Shown here in pieces: positions 4,458 through 5,477 of a stretch of DNA of 5,477 nucleotides; the first letter of the stretch is position 1, and each line of letters starts with the position of its first letter. Under the pieces are notes generated by a model. It saw nothing but the letters and a program-made list of their open reading frames with translations, made no database searches and was not told the DNA's origin. Made by a program: the position numbers and the translations under genes. Source of the stretch: a virus; IMG/VR virus record IMGVR_UViG_3300045988_000249, positions 1 through 5,477 of that record. One strand, written 5' to 3'.

Positions 4458-4856
4458 GTGCTGCATGAATACAGCCTATTTAATCAGGGCACCCACCGTG
4501 TAAGCCCACATTTCAAAATCAGTGAATTTGCACAAAAAGATGGAAGGTGTGACAAAATACTCATCGACTCAGAACTAGTAGAAGTGCTGGAAGATGTAAG
4601 GACACACTTTAACGCACCTGTGATAATCAACAGTGGCTACAGAACACCGGAATACAACAAAAAAATCGGCGGTACAAAAAACTCGCAGCACACAAAAGGC
4701 ACGGCGGCTGACATTCGAGTAAAAGGAGTCCCGGCTAGTAAGGTGCAGCAGTACCTAAAAAATAAGTACCAGGACAAATACGGAATCGGAAGCTACCGAA
4801 AATTTACGCATATAGACACACGAAAAAAAAGGGCAAGGTGGAAAAATGAAACTTAA
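4458..4856 (+). CDS. Zinc metallopeptidase, Peptidase_M15 (M15_3-like) family; putative peptidoglycan hydrolase / endolysin
   Basis: 132-aa ORF with a GTG start and GAGAGGA upstream. It carries the motifs SGYRTPEYNKKIGG and SQHTKGTAADI (H78 = nt 4689-4691, D85 = nt 4710-4712). It also has GIGSY..FTHIDTR (H118 = nt 4809-4811), which completes the H-x6-D...H zinc triad of the VanY/M15 fold. There is no N-terminal signal peptide or TM segment. Confidence 0.88.
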   Translation: MLHEYSLFNQGTHRVSPHFKISEFAQKDGRCDKILIDSELVEVLEDVRTHFNAPVIINSGYRTPEYNKKIGGTKNSQHTKGTAADIRVKGVPASKVQQYLKNKYQDKYGIGSYRKFTHIDTRKKRARWKNET

Positions 4857-5103
4857 ATTCTACAGTTTTCACGACAGTGTAACAAATGGCTACAGCAATC
4901 CATTCCTCCAGCAGAACCGAGCAGTGGCAATCCGCACAGCAAAGTGGAAAGCAGACGAGTCCAAAACACAGGAAATCGAAGACATCTCTCTGGTGGAGAT
5001 GGGAGACTTCGACACCGAAACCGGCGAGATGTACGGAGCAAGTCCGAAGCATCTGTGCAAGCTGACGGACCTGAAAAAGGAGTTTAACAATGAAAGATCC
5101 TAA
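4846..5103 (+). CDS. VP5: Gokushovirus ORF5/VP5-like non-structural protein
   Basis: 85 aa. ATG4846 follows AAGGTGG (4835-4841) and the ORF overlaps the peptidase 3' end by 11 nt. The pattern FYSFHD.......NPFLQQN.AVAIRT.........ISLVEMGDFDTETGE fits the F.V.D...PF....A.R.F....L..G.FD..TG pattern I recall for chlamydiamicrovirus/gokushovirus ORF5. Confidence 0.65.
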   Translation: MKLKFYSFHDSVTNGYSNPFLQQNRAVAIRTAKWKADESKTQEIEDISLVEMGDFDTETGEMYGASPKHLCKLTDLKKEFNNERS

Positions 5104-5476
5104 CGTAAGGTTTTTCGGAATGCCGACCGAGAGGATGCCAAGTAAGGCAGGCTCAGAGATGGCACCAACGTGGAAAGCGGTGAAGCGAGCAAACGGAACA
5201 ACCGAGTACATCGAACAGCCGCCCGAAAACGTATACGAGAAAATCCAACGGGCCGGTGAGGGCTACGACCTCGCAAGCGCGATTGCGCGGCTAGAAGCAG
5301 GAGACGTGAGTATCAAAGCAAAGAGCATGGTATACACCGAGGGCACGCCACTGGAAAACATGCCCAAAGACGTGGTCACGATTCACGAGAAAGCACAGGC
5401 GGCAGCGGAAACGCTGGAACAGCTGAAGCAGGAAGAAAAAAAGAAAGAGGTGAGCGAAAATAAACCGGAACGATGA
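5090..5476 (+). CDS. Putative internal scaffolding protein (VP3-like)
   Basis: 128 aa. ATG5090 follows AAGGAG (5077-5082) at 7-nt spacing and the ORF overlaps the VP5-like ORF by 14 nt. Its position immediately upstream of VP1 across the circular junction, its size and its charged helical C-terminus are consistent with VP3. Motif similarity to classical VP3 is weak. The stop lies in an ATGA overlap (equivalent to nt 51-54). Confidence 0.45.
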   Translation: MKDPNVRFFGMPTERMPSKAGSEMAPTWKAVKRANGTTEYIEQPPENVYEKIQRAGEGYDLASAIARLEAGDVSIKAKSMVYTEGTPLENMPKDVVTIHEKAQAAAETLEQLKQEEKKKEVSENKPER

Positions 5477-5477
5477 A
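5423..5477. repeat. Terminal redundancy, right copy
   Basis: Identical to 1-55. Confidence 0.97.

Larger units (their letters stand above)
1..5422 (+). other. One full unit of a circular Microviridae (Gokushovirinae-like) ssDNA phage genome
   Basis: The exact terminal duplication (1-55 = 5423-5477) implies a circular 5,422-nt molecule. The gene set is VP1, VP2, VP4, ORF8/J-like, VP5-like and VP3-like, all on one strand. There is no integrase or host flank. Confidence 0.9.

Noticed and set aside
363-5211. Many long minus-strand ORFs, for example 2184-2729 (181 aa), 1007-1459 (150 aa) and 4804-5211 (135 aa), plus the other antisense ORFs in the track.
   Set aside because: All lie antisense to recognisable plus-strand genes or cross structured non-coding DNA. 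Their translations are Cys/Leu/Arg/Ser-rich low-complexity strings with no recognisable motifs or SDs. Microviridae genes are all encoded on the packaged (+) sense strand. The T-poor sense strand makes TTA/CTA/TCA rare, so long antisense open frames are expected by chance.
1-5477. Integrated prophage or other mobile element with att sites (the terminal direct repeats could in principle be att duplications).
   Set aside because: There is no integrase, recombinase or host flanking sequence. The 55-nt repeat lies inside a coding sequence and restores it exactly when circularised. This is the signature of an assembled circular genome, not of attL/attR.

Overview
This window appears to be one complete, circularly permuted genome of a small ssDNA phage of the family Microviridae, with a Gokushovirinae-like gene set. 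It was linearised with an exact 55-nt terminal redundancy (1-55 = 5423-5477), giving a unit length of 5,422 nt. All credible genes are on the + strand. In order they are: VP1 major capsid (80-1729); an intrinsic terminator hairpin; VP2 pilot/minor capsid (1778-2635); a 340-nt non-coding region packed with GTTTTCAACA iteron-like repeats, a hairpin, a (CTA)6 microsatellite and an AT-rich box; VP4 HUH/Y-Y rolling-circle initiator (2976-3980); a compound hairpin; and an AT-rich region with a near-consensus sigma70 promoter. A tightly coupled block follows. It holds a 38-aa arginine-rich J/ORF8-like protein absent from the ORF track (4194-4310), a 36-aa amphipathic peptide with an acidic tail (4345-4455), an M15-family zinc peptidase (4458-4856), a VP5/ORF5-like protein (4846-5103) and a putative scaffold protein (5090-5476) whose stop overlaps an ATG (ATGA). 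Four points deserve a second look. (1) The iteron-like array upstream of the Rep gene is a candidate origin or regulatory module. (2) The peptidase cassette has no visible export route: no signal peptide and no holin-like ORF. (3) The conserved VP1 N-terminus (HFAQVP) is encoded upstream of the first in-frame ATG, implying an indel, a non-AUG start or a frameshift. (4) A terminator hairpin sits between a Shine-Dalgarno sequence and the VP2 start codon. All homology statements come from motif recognition by eye and from memory, not from database searches.
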